Origin: an uncultured delta proteobacterium
GTDB taxonomy: Bacteria; Desulfobacterota; Desulfobacteria; Desulfobacterales; UBA2156
Assembly (NCBI GenBank): GCA_963736855.1
Contig: CAVTQK010000021.1
Coordinates: 480,001 to 544,000 of the forward strand
Direction of reading: 5' to 3'
DNA length: 64,000 nucleotides
Shown here: positions 19,663 through 28,825 of the stretch, in pieces
Layout: every line of letters starts with the position of its first letter
Numbering within the stretch: position 1 is the stretch's first letter
Made by a program: the position numbers and the translations under genes
The notes under the pieces: model-generated
Database searches by the model: none
What the model saw: the letters and a program-made list of their open reading frames with translations, nothing else
Told to the model about the DNA's origin: nothing

Positions 19663-22600
19663 ACTCGGTTAATGCCCTCCGCAAATATTGCTCTTGTCTC
19701 GGTGTCGCACTGGCTGTCCTTTTATGGAGTCGAGGGACCCTGGGGACACAAACCGAGCCTTTTTCGACCAATCAGCCCATACAGATCACTGCAGAGGCGG
19801 ATCCGGTGTTGTCATTTTCAGTATCTTCGGATGGAAAAAAGATTGCATTTGTTTCGAAAAAAAAGCGGTTTCCCGATCTATGGCTCCGAAGCATAGATCC
19901 GGCTGCCCACTTTTCCATGCGCCAGCTTACCGACACTCCGGCTTTGGAATCCGATCCGGCCTTCTCCGAAAACGGCCGCTACATCACTTTCGTTAGCACG
20001 CAAGATGACGCCAAAGGTGATATCTTTGTCATCGACTTAAATCAAAAAACCCCGGCACCGGTCCGGATCACGGGCAAGGAGACCGAAGACGGCGCACCGA
20101 GTTTCGGTCCGGGTGAAACTTTGTTTTTTCATCGCAAGGGCCCCGAGATGCGGGACTATGAACTGGTAGTTGTAAGCATCGGTGCATATGTCCGGGGAAC
20201 GAACGAAAAACAGAAGCCCGTCGTGCTTCCCACACAAGGAGACGCTGCTTTACCGTCCGTTTCTCCAGATGGTCTGGAGGTCGCTTTTGTCAGCACCCGG
20301 AACACCGATTCCTCGGATATTTTCGTCATGAACCTGAAGACCCGGGCGCTCCGGCAGTTGACCACCGGCCTCTTCAGAAACCTTTTCCCCCGATGGTCCT
20401 TGGACGGCCGTTACATCCTTTTTTCGCGATGGTCATGGAATACCAACGGTGACGAGACTGTCGACGAACGGGATCATGCCGTCCTGTTTCGCGTCCCTGC
20501 AAGCGGCGGAGATCCATATCCGCTGACTTCGGCACGCTTTTCATCGATCCGCCCTGCTCCGGCTGAAAACGGAATCTATTTTCTCTCGGATTCAAAGGGG
20601 ATCCCCAACTGCCTACGTATCCCATCGGATGGACAGATTCCCCGGATGGAAAATCCGGAAACACAGCTTGAATTGGCCCGCAACATGTCCCTGAAGCTTC
20701 CCCGTGATCCATATCTTTCGCTCCTGGCTTACCACAAAGTTCTCGAAACGTATTCCCATGTTCCGGCTATTGCAGTTCAAGCCCTCTATTCGATCGGGCT
20801 GACAAGCCTGGAAGAAAAGATGCCGATTCATGCCATACAGGCCTTCGAAAAGATACTGAGCAGATATCCTGACCAGGAGCCCGAGGCCTCTTTAGCGCGG
20901 ATTCAACAAGTTCTCTTAAAAGCTGAAACGGCACTTCAGAGATCCAAAAGCCCCCAAATCCGCATGCAGATCGTTGAAAATGCAAACCGGGAACTGGATC
21001 ATATAGCTGAGGGCAAGGCACTGGATATCCGCCTTTTTTCAGACATCGAAAGAGCCCGACTTCTGAGTCGCACCGAAAGCTCGAGCGCAAACTTGTTGCA
21101 GGCGATCCGCATGCTGGACATGGTCATCGCCGAACCTTCCGCTCAATCCGAACGGGTGGTGGAAGCCATGGTTCTCAAGGGAGATATTTACCGTAAAATC
21201 GGAAATTACGAAGCCGTCTATCCGGTATATCTCGCCGTCATCCAGCGATTTCCCGATGTTCCCGTATGGGCAGACGCCGCCCTGGAACGCATGCTCGATC
21301 TCATCCTCTCTCAAAAAGGGTCCACTCTGCCTGAGGACCGTATCCAACTGCTGAAATCCCTTTCCGATCAGCATCGAACTGATACGCAGAAGCTGGCTAT
21401 GGGCGCCCTCAACCGGGTCGGAGACATCCTTTATGCCGCCGGTGAATGGTCCAAGGCCAAGGCGGCCTATCGCCAGGTGATAGATCAATTCCCGGTTCGC
21501 ACCACCCAGACCGCGGCCGCACGGTTCGCGCTGGCTGAAATCCTGTATCAGGAACAACGGTTTCGAGAAGCACTGGATCTGTATGAAAACGAGATCCACC
21601 TGAGAGAAAAAGAAGATCGTATCCGAAAATTGGCCAGAGCAGGCTTCATCCAAAAATCGATCGACGCCGCCGAATATTTTTTCGATCTCGGGGAAATCGA
21701 CGCCGCCCGGAGTCTTTTTAAGGAGATCATCGATTTCGACGGAAGCTTTGTCGAGGCCCATCGGGGATATATCAAGTGCGCCGCCGCCCAGATGGACATG
21801 GATAAGGTTATTTTAACCTACCGAACCCAGACGATACAAGCCCCTGCGGATCCAATCGCAACATACGCTCTTGGCCTTGGCCTCTCGTATCGGGAGGACA
21901 AAAAAAGCCTCAAGGAAGCCCGAGGGCTCCTCGAGCGGGCGATTCTTCTCAACGGCCAGATCAGCCATTTCCACCGAACTCTGGGGTATGTCCTGGAAGT
22001 CCTCGAAACGGTGTATGGTGAAAAAGGGGGGCTGGAAGGTGCGCTGGAATCATACCAAAAGGCGTTTTTCCTGACCGATCCGGAGGGCGACCCGAACAGC
22101 CACGCCGAACTCAACCTCAATTTGGGAAATGTTTACTTCCTCCTGGGCCAATACGCCAAGGCGTTTCATCATTACGACAAGCGCCTGGCTTCGAAAAAAT
22201 CGATTCCCAGCCTCAAGGCCGCTATTTTATTTTACAAGAGACTGGGAACGGCTGCATTCCAGATTCGCAAAATGGAGGAGACCATCAACGCCTTTTCCGA
22301 GGCCGTCCGACGGATCGATTCCGGGATCGACACCCAAGACCCTTCGACCTATCTGAACAGAGACCACCGGTGCGTCATGGATCGGATCGTGAGTCCTGCC
22401 TTGCGCATCCGGTCCCTGGAAAAAGAGGCTTCAAGGATCGCCGAAGCCCAGGCTGACGCGAACCGTGCTCTCTCCGATATTCAGGCCAGGCGGCAGCAGC
22501 CGCCCAGTCCCGCCTGGAAAGAATACCGCGAAAAGATCCAGCAGCAAATTAAGCTCCAGGAAACGCTGAATCAGAAGGCCCTGTCCCTGGCCAGGACCTC

Positions 22601-25600
22601 TATGAAGTCCGGTCTGCACAGCCAGGCAGATTGGAATGGCTTCAAGGGCACCCTGTCCCTGATGCTTTCAAAAGCCAGAGAAGCTGTCTTGCTTCCGGAA
22701 CAACTCATCGAATTGAAGGTCGAGATGTTGGACAGGCTCGGTCTGGCCTATCAGGAAGCCGGCAGATACCCGGAATCCATCCAATCCTTTGAGCAGGCCT
22801 TTGCTTTGAATGAGAAGCTCGGTTTTAAGAAAAATCTTGCCCTAAACCTGAGATCCATCGCATTCAACCGATATCTTCTGGCGGAAAGACAATCCGGCGA
22901 GGCACGCATCCGGACCCTTCAACTGGCATCCAAAGAGTTTGCTCGTGTCATCGGACTGGTGGATGCCTACGGTGTTCCATCACCTGCCTCGGAATCCGCG
23001 GATGCCTTGATCCGCATCGATGTCCAAACGGCGCTGGATGAGCCTGGCGCAACCCAAAGCGGAAAGGGGTTTTCAAAGACCCAGGAAAAGCGATTGGCGG
23101 AAGCGTTCATGAGCAGAATCTCCATTGAACTGGGAGAAATTGAAACCGCCAGTGAGAGCATGAACAGCCAGACGGCCTCTTATGCAGAAGGGCAAGCGGT
23201 ATCCGATGCAGATGCTTACGGGGTGGCCCTCCTGTTCCATCGGGCCGGTCACCTGGCTGCCTCCCAAAAGGATTGGAAGAAAGCCTACGATAATTTCCTG
23301 CGTTCCGGGGAACTGACCCTGCGTGCCGACATTCCCCTGGGCTCCTATTATAACGCCGTCAATCTGTCTAAAGCGGTCACCCAGGTTCAACCTGATGATC
23401 CCGATAGACGTCGAATGGCCTCAGCCCTGGAAACCTTCGACGCCAAAACACTCAGTCTTCTAACCCGGAATTCTACCGCGGCAACCCCGAAGCTTTTGGC
23501 AGGGTATCACAACGCCATGGGCGTCTACCTGGTTTCGATCCCGGCAAGCCCGAAAAAAGACATCCGGGAAACCATTGAAAAATCCCGACGGTTCCAACGC
23601 GCCATGCTGCATTTTTCCAGGGGGATCCGGATACTGGAGGAACCTAACGTTAAAACCCTTAACCGGGAAGAAGCGTCGCTGCTTTCCACTCTACACCTGA
23701 ATCTGGGCCGAGCAGCCCTTGAACTCAAAGAAGATTCGGCGGCAGCCGACCATTTTCAAAAGGCCCTTAATCTGGCTGAAAGCTCCATCCTGCCTGATAT
23801 CCAATGGCGTACCCTGATCGCTCTCGGACGTCACGAAGAAGCACTCAAGGTCCTGGAATCGGTGACTGCCTTGCGGGCCGGTTGTACCAAAGGCGAAATC
23901 CTGGATGGATTTTTTAGCTCCGTAAGAACCCTCATTGAAAGGCAAGAAACGGAAAGCGCTTTGAACCTTTTGGAAAAGGCGGCGGAATTGGAGCGATACC
24001 ATCGACTGGCTCCGTTGATCCTTAGATTTTCCCATCATGAAAAGCGCTTTTTCATCGAGGCCCTTTCACGGCTGGATCGAATTGATGCATTGCAAGTACA
24101 CCTTTCAGGTGCCGATCCTTTCCGGAAAAAGGACTTGGAATCGGAATTGACCCTTGAAAAAACCCGACTGGCCGACCAGATGGGCGAAAACAATCAAAAC
24201 CTTCCGGATTTCATCCGCCTGATTCCAGATGATGAATCTCGAATATCGGCGATTCGTTTGGTGGGGCTTTCCGCAATTGCCGAATCGATGGCCGATGAGG
24301 CGGTCCGAAACCCAGCCGATGCGGATTTTCGTAAAAAATACACTGAAGCGGTGGACCGATATAAAGCGATCTTCAAAAAGACGCTCAGCCGCCGCTCACC
24401 GGATATGCCGTCCAATCCCCTGGTGCTGTTCGGCCCCGAATCGTATGAGGCCATCGATATTATGGAAACCCTACCGGAAGGTGGCCGGTTTGTCCGCATC
24501 TTCAAGACCTCCCGGGCCTCCGACCCCGTCATTTCATTCATCCTCAAGAAGGATCAGCTTTCAGGCAGCCTCCATGGATCTCTGGAAACTGCACTGAAAA
24601 CCGTGCAGTCGCCCGATCCATCCTCAACTTATCTTGCTTTCGATTACCCGGATGAACTCCCGGTAAACGACCCCATCCTTGAAAGGGGCTATAATCTCGT
24701 TTTAAGCGCGGCCCATTTCATGCGCTCTTTTCATCATAAAAAATTGTTTAAAAGAATCGTGGTCCGCATCCCTTCCCCTGCTTCTAGAAAGGAAGAGACC
24801 TCCCTATCCTCCCCTGATCTCTTACCGTCCCTTTCGGGGAAAGATCCCTCGGGGTTTCATGTCCTGGTGGTGGACACTCCGGTATTTTTGGCTCAGCAGG
24901 TCCCGACAAGGCCCGGGGCGTTTTCCACTCCGTTTGCCGCCGTGGATCTGAAAAACGGGGAACGTTTTCCCCTTTTGCACATATTGAATCGACTCGGCCA
25001 TGCTTCCATCGCACTCCTGGAAAAAGCATCGCCTGAGGATGCCTTTTGGATCGGGCATTTGTTCTCCATCTATGGATGTCCGACACTGGTCCTTCCTGCT
25101 CAATCAGGCTCCGATGATCGGTTTGCCGACGCGTTTCTTAAAGCCTTCCGCACCCATACCGCCGGCGAATCCCTGAAATTGGCCCGTTCGGAGGTTGTCG
25201 GCGCCGGGAAATGGATGCTCGTCGGTTTCCCCGGTATGACTCTGGAGGAATCCAAAGCTTTTGCCCGATCCCATTTCGAATCGTACATCACCCGCGCAAA
25301 ACGCGCCTTTGATCGCAAGCAATTCGGCGAAGCCTTGATCCTTTTTGAAAACGCCATCGATATCGCCTCTGAAACCGATGTGTTCCGATCTCATCTTTTA
25401 GACCTCTACCCTTATGCCCGCGAGAGCGCCTATTTGGCCGGGGATCGAAATAAGGCTCTGGATTTTTCCCAGCGCTTGGTCAAGATTCTGGAAACGGAGC
25501 AACCGGCCTCTAAAGCCCATGCCGAGGCCCTATTAAGGCTCGGGCTTGTGCAGGCCCATTTGGAAATGTACGCTCCGGCCACTGAAACGATGAACCAGGC

Positions 25601-28121
25601 CTTGAAAATCTATCAGGCCCTTCATTTATCTCCCCAACAGGCGGAAACGCTTACAGAAATGGCTTGGGTAGCCGAACAGACTACGGATTATGAGACAGCC
25701 CTGACTTATTTTGAATCCTCGGTTTCGCTGACAAAAGATTCGGATCCCCGGTGGCGTTTGGGTGACCGGTTCCACAGCATCGGCCGTATCTTTGATTTGC
25801 GTTTGAGTCAGTATGCCAAAGCCATTACCAACTATCAGAAGGCAGCCTCCCTCTATCGTCAAGGGGAGCAAAGTTCCGAATCCACGGCACGAATCGCGCA
25901 GACTCTATTGGATGTGGGTCGATGCTATCGGCTCATGGGAAATCTTTCCGAGGCCGAAAAGCACTACGAACAGGCCTTGAAATTGTTATCCTCTGAGCCG
26001 GCCCAGGATACGCTGCGGTCCAAGATCCTCATCGAGCAGGCTAACAATGCCTGGTATCAGGCCCGATATGAACCGGCTTTTCGCTTACAGCAAAAGGCTT
26101 GGGCTATCGCCCTAGAACAGGGTCTCTTGCCCATGCAGGTCATCGCCCTCAACACCTCCGGACCGTTGTGGTGGGCACTCGGGGACAACGAAAAGGCTTT
26201 AGCGGAACTGAATCAGGCCCTTGAGATCGCAAAACGCTTACCCCATCGGGAAGATGAGGTCGCTACCACCCTGAACAACATCGGGATGATCCTCCGGGAA
26301 ACCGGACGGTTCCCGGAAGCACTGGATGCTTTCGAAAAGGCGCTGTCCATCGATAAGCGTCTTAGATCCCGTTGGGCCATGGCATACGACTACCGGCATA
26401 TCGGGGTGACCCACCTGAAGATGGGCCTTCCTCAAAAAGCCATCCCCTTATTGACCACGGCTCTCAATGAAGCCCGTGCCATCGGAAACCGCATCCACGA
26501 GGCAAAAGCCCTCTTAGACCTGGCCGACGCCCATTTGGCCGCCAACAATCCGTCGGATGCCGGTCGTATGTATCAGGAATCGCTTGCCCTATCCGATTCC
26601 CTTGCCATCCAGGAGATTCAATGGCGCGCCCTGTACGGACTGGCACGCATCAAGGAAAAGGCACAACCGGATGAGGCCATACGGCTTCTGAAAGAGGCGG
26701 TAAAGATCATCGAATCCATCCGGTCCAACATCCGGATCAGCCGGCTCAAGGACGGGTTCTTGTCCAACAAGTTAATGGTTTACGAAATCCTCTGCCGACT
26801 CCTGGCCGACTCCGGTAATCCGGTGGAAGCCTTCGAGATGGCTGAGCGATCCCGTTCGAGAAACTTCATCGATCTTTTGGGAAGCCAGTCTTTCTCCCTG
26901 GATCCTGCCGTGGATCGACGCCTTTATGATCGATATCATGCACTCAAAGAACGGATCGAAACCATTAAACAACAGATAATCCAGGATACTGATGCCGAAG
27001 AACGTAAAAGGCAGGAGGCTCTCCTGAAAAAAGCGACATCCGACCTTGAAACAGTGATGATTGAGATTCAGGCATCCAACCCCAGACTTTCCTCGCTGGT
27101 CGCCGTCGAACCCCTTCGAGCGACGGAACTTCAGCAGATGATAGAACCGGGAGTCGCCCTTCTCTCCTACTATATATTGGAAAATGAGCTTTTCTGCTGG
27201 CGTATCCTTCCCCAGGAAATTCGCCTTTTTCGTCAAAAAATCAACCGAAAAGAACTGGAAGAAACCCTTCTGGACTTTCGGCGACGCATCCAAAATCTGG
27301 AGCCGTTCGAAAAGCCGTCCCATGAACTTTACGACATCCTGGTTAAACCTGTTCTTTCCGGCCTGGAGCATATCAAACATCTGGGTATTGTCCCCCATGG
27401 ACATCTTCATTATCTTTCCTTCGCCACCTTATCTGATGGAACGGATTTTCTCATCGACCACTTCCCCATCTTTTATCTTCCCTCTGCCTCCGTCCTGAAA
27501 TATACGAAGGAAAAGCGCATTTCGGGAAAAAACCTCGATGTCCTGGCTATCGGAAACCCGGATTTGGGGAACCTCAACCTGGATTTGCCCTTTTCGGAGC
27601 ATGAAGTCCATTCCATCCAGTGGAACTTCCCGAAAATCACGATCCTGACAAAGGAAAGGGCCACGGAGAAATGGGTTGTTGACAATATCGATCGCTTTGG
27701 AATAATCCATCTGGCATCACACGGCGAGTTTGATCCCGTCAATCCGCTTCTTTCCGCAATCAAACTGTCTAAGGAAGGGGAAAGTGATGGAAACCTGGAG
27801 GCTGCCGAAATCTTCGGACTGAAACTTTCGGCGGATCTCGTGGTCTTAAGCGCCTGCCAGACCGGACTCGGAAAGATCACGGCAGGCGACGATGTGATCG
27901 GGCTCAACCGGGCCTTTCTTTACGCAGGCACCCATGCCATCATCTCCAGCTTGTGGAGAGTCAGTGATATCTCAACGGCCATGCTGATCAAGGCATTCTA
28001 TCGTGAATATGTTGATAAAAACAAAGCAGAAAGCCTTCGCCTGGCTGCCTTGCACGTCAAGAACCGCTACCCCCATCCGGGATACTGGGGAGCCTTTACC
28101 CTGGTCGGAGATTACGAATAA
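19659..28121 (+). CDS. giant putatively exported PD40/TolB-propeller + TPR + CHAT (caspase-like) protease, ~2820 aa
   Basis: Signal-like N-terminus (LRKYCSCLGVALAVLLWSRGTLG); PD40 repeats (SSDGKKIAFVS, FSENGRYITFVS, SPDGLEVAFVS, WSLDGRYILFS); many TPRs (e.g. TTLNNIGMILRETGRFPEALDAFEKAL); CHAT catalytic IHLASHG and VLSACQTG, plus SLWRVSD and HPGYWGAF. ATGA overlap with the lipoprotein gene. Confidence 0.9.
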   Translation: MNSVNALRKYCSCLGVALAVLLWSRGTLGTQTEPFSTNQPIQITAEADPVLSFSVSSDGKKIAFVSKKKRFPDLWLRSIDPAAHFSMRQLTDTPALESDPAFSENGRYITFVSTQDDAKGDIFVIDLNQKTPAPVRITGKETEDGAPSFGPGETLFFHRKGPEMRDYELVVVSIGAYVRGTNEKQKPVVLPTQGDAALPSVSPDGLEVAFVSTRNTDSSDIFVMNLKTRALRQLTTGLFRNLFPRWSLDGRYILFSRWSWNTNGDETVDERDHAVLFRVPASGGDPYPLTSARFSSIRPAPAENGIYFLSDSKGIPNCLRIPSDGQIPRMENPETQLELARNMSLKLPRDPYLSLLAYHKVLETYSHVPAIAVQALYSIGLTSLEEKMPIHAIQAFEKILSRYPDQEPEASLARIQQVLLKAETALQRSKSPQIRMQIVENANRELDHIAEGKALDIRLFSDIERARLLSRTESSSANLLQAIRMLDMVIAEPSAQSERVVEAMVLKGDIYRKIGNYEAVYPVYLAVIQRFPDVPVWADAALERMLDLILSQKGSTLPEDRIQLLKSLSDQHRTDTQKLAMGALNRVGDILYAAGEWSKAKAAYRQVIDQFPVRTTQTAAARFALAEILYQEQRFREALDLYENEIHLREKEDRIRKLARAGFIQKSIDAAEYFFDLGEIDAARSLFKEIIDFDGSFVEAHRGYIKCAAAQMDMDKVILTYRTQTIQAPADPIATYALGLGLSYREDKKSLKEARGLLERAILLNGQISHFHRTLGYVLEVLETVYGEKGGLEGALESYQKAFFLTDPEGDPNSHAELNLNLGNVYFLLGQYAKAFHHYDKRLASKKSIPSLKAAILFYKRLGTAAFQIRKMEETINAFSEAVRRIDSGIDTQDPSTYLNRDHRCVMDRIVSPALRIRSLEKEASRIAEAQADANRALSDIQARRQQPPSPAWKEYREKIQQQIKLQETLNQKALSLARTSMKSGLHSQADWNGFKGTLSLMLSKAREAVLLPEQLIELKVEMLDRLGLAYQEAGRYPESIQSFEQAFALNEKLGFKKNLALNLRSIAFNRYLLAERQSGEARIRTLQLASKEFARVIGLVDAYGVPSPASESADALIRIDVQTALDEPGATQSGKGFSKTQEKRLAEAFMSRISIELGEIETASESMNSQTASYAEGQAVSDADAYGVALLFHRAGHLAASQKDWKKAYDNFLRSGELTLRADIPLGSYYNAVNLSKAVTQVQPDDPDRRRMASALETFDAKTLSLLTRNSTAATPKLLAGYHNAMGVYLVSIPASPKKDIRETIEKSRRFQRAMLHFSRGIRILEEPNVKTLNREEASLLSTLHLNLGRAALELKEDSAAADHFQKALNLAESSILPDIQWRTLIALGRHEEALKVLESVTALRAGCTKGEILDGFFSSVRTLIERQETESALNLLEKAAELERYHRLAPLILRFSHHEKRFFIEALSRLDRIDALQVHLSGADPFRKKDLESELTLEKTRLADQMGENNQNLPDFIRLIPDDESRISAIRLVGLSAIAESMADEAVRNPADADFRKKYTEAVDRYKAIFKKTLSRRSPDMPSNPLVLFGPESYEAIDIMETLPEGGRFVRIFKTSRASDPVISFILKKDQLSGSLHGSLETALKTVQSPDPSSTYLAFDYPDELPVNDPILERGYNLVLSAAHFMRSFHHKKLFKRIVVRIPSPASRKEETSLSSPDLLPSLSGKDPSGFHVLVVDTPVFLAQQVPTRPGAFSTPFAAVDLKNGERFPLLHILNRLGHASIALLEKASPEDAFWIGHLFSIYGCPTLVLPAQSGSDDRFADAFLKAFRTHTAGESLKLARSEVVGAGKWMLVGFPGMTLEESKAFARSHFESYITRAKRAFDRKQFGEALILFENAIDIASETDVFRSHLLDLYPYARESAYLAGDRNKALDFSQRLVKILETEQPASKAHAEALLRLGLVQAHLEMYAPATETMNQALKIYQALHLSPQQAETLTEMAWVAEQTTDYETALTYFESSVSLTKDSDPRWRLGDRFHSIGRIFDLRLSQYAKAITNYQKAASLYRQGEQSSESTARIAQTLLDVGRCYRLMGNLSEAEKHYEQALKLLSSEPAQDTLRSKILIEQANNAWYQARYEPAFRLQQKAWAIALEQGLLPMQVIALNTSGPLWWALGDNEKALAELNQALEIAKRLPHREDEVATTLNNIGMILRETGRFPEALDAFEKALSIDKRLRSRWAMAYDYRHIGVTHLKMGLPQKAIPLLTTALNEARAIGNRIHEAKALLDLADAHLAANNPSDAGRMYQESLALSDSLAIQEIQWRALYGLARIKEKAQPDEAIRLLKEAVKIIESIRSNIRISRLKDGFLSNKLMVYEILCRLLADSGNPVEAFEMAERSRSRNFIDLLGSQSFSLDPAVDRRLYDRYHALKERIETIKQQIIQDTDAEERKRQEALLKKATSDLETVMIEIQASNPRLSSLVAVEPLRATELQQMIEPGVALLSYYILENELFCWRILPQEIRLFRQKINRKELEETLLDFRRRIQNLEPFEKPSHELYDILVKPVLSGLEHIKHLGIVPHGHLHYLSFATLSDGTDFLIDHFPIFYLPSASVLKYTKEKRISGKNLDVLAIGNPDLGNLNLDLPFSEHEVHSIQWNFPKITILTKERATEKWVVDNIDRFGIIHLASHGEFDPVNPLLSAIKLSKEGESDGNLEAAEIFGLKLSADLVVLSACQTGLGKITAGDDVIGLNRAFLYAGTHAIISSLWRVSDISTAMLIKAFYREYVDKNKAESLRLAALHVKNRYPHPGYWGAFTLVGDYE

Positions 28122-28126
28122 CATTT

Positions 28127-28279
28127 GATGAAATCGTAAAAACTCAAGATTAGGATGGCAAAGTAAAAAGCTTCAGATGCAAGGCGCGCAAATCCTGAGG
28201 AATGAGGCGTACATATGGGTACGCCGCAATGACGAAGGATGCAGTGCAACGCAGCAGATGGACTTTTTACGAAGCCATC
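28127..28279 (+). mobile_element. 153-bp MITE-like repeat, subfamily A, copy 2
   Basis: Ends GATGAAATCGTAAAAACT / ACTTTTTACGAAGCCATC; perfect 6-bp flanking duplication ACATTT (28121-28126 and 28280-28285). Confidence 0.9.
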
Positions 28280-28297
28280 ACATTTAAAGGAACGGAT

Positions 28298-28825
28298 ATG
28301 TTGTTACGACGGGTCATCATCACGATTTTTCTTTCAATGATACTGGCCGGAGCTCACCTCAGCCACTCGGCCGAACGGGTCTGGGTCTCTTCTTTCGACG
28401 CCAAACTCAAGGCCGACAAAACCGCATCATCTCAAACCCTCGCCGTCCTGACGGTGGGAGCCGAACTGACCGTAAACAGCGAGGATGAGCGATGGTATCT
28501 TGTCACCGCTCAAGACGGGAAAAAGGGGTGGATCTATCGAGGCAAAGTCTCTTCAGAGCCTCCACAGCCTTCCGGCGAAAAAACCGAAGGCGATTCGGTG
28601 GGAAAGCTCCTGACAGGGCTTACCGGCAGCCGGATCGGATCCGGTGAAGCCGATACCTCGAGAAGCATGCGCATGCTCTCTGTGGAAAAAAAGAAAAAAA
28701 AGGACGGGTCTCAACCCGATCAGAATTACGAGGAAGCCCTTGAATCGGTTCTGTCGCGCCGGATTCCAGACGTTCGTGTCGATCAATTCCTGGAAGCCGC
28801 CAAAATCGGTGAATATGCGCCATAA
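28298..28825 (+). CDS. exported SH3b-domain protein
   Basis: ATG 28298 with RBS AAAGGA; signal peptide ending HLSHSA; SH3b pattern LAVLTVGAELTV...WYLV...GKKGWIY. Confidence 0.82.
   Translation: MLLRRVIITIFLSMILAGAHLSHSAERVWVSSFDAKLKADKTASSQTLAVLTVGAELTVNSEDERWYLVTAQDGKKGWIYRGKVSSEPPQPSGEKTEGDSVGKLLTGLTGSRIGSGEADTSRSMRMLSVEKKKKKDGSQPDQNYEEALESVLSRRIPDVRVDQFLEAAKIGEYAP

Noticed and set aside
19659..28121. TPR-CHAT as a type III-E CRISPR (Craspase/Csx29) or other cytoplasmic immune effector
   Set aside because: No cas genes, CRISPR array, Csx30/31 or nucleotide-sensor genes are in the window. The protein has a signal-like N-terminus and a TolB propeller and sits among envelope genes.
28202..28297. 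N-terminal extension of the SH3 ORF, and ORFs 10976..11182, 46679..47017, 56125..56370, 56360..56578, 58376..58603 and 58475..58687
   Set aside because: These are translations of the MITE (DGFVKSP.., RRWTFYEAI..). The real SH3 start is ATG 28298 with its own RBS.
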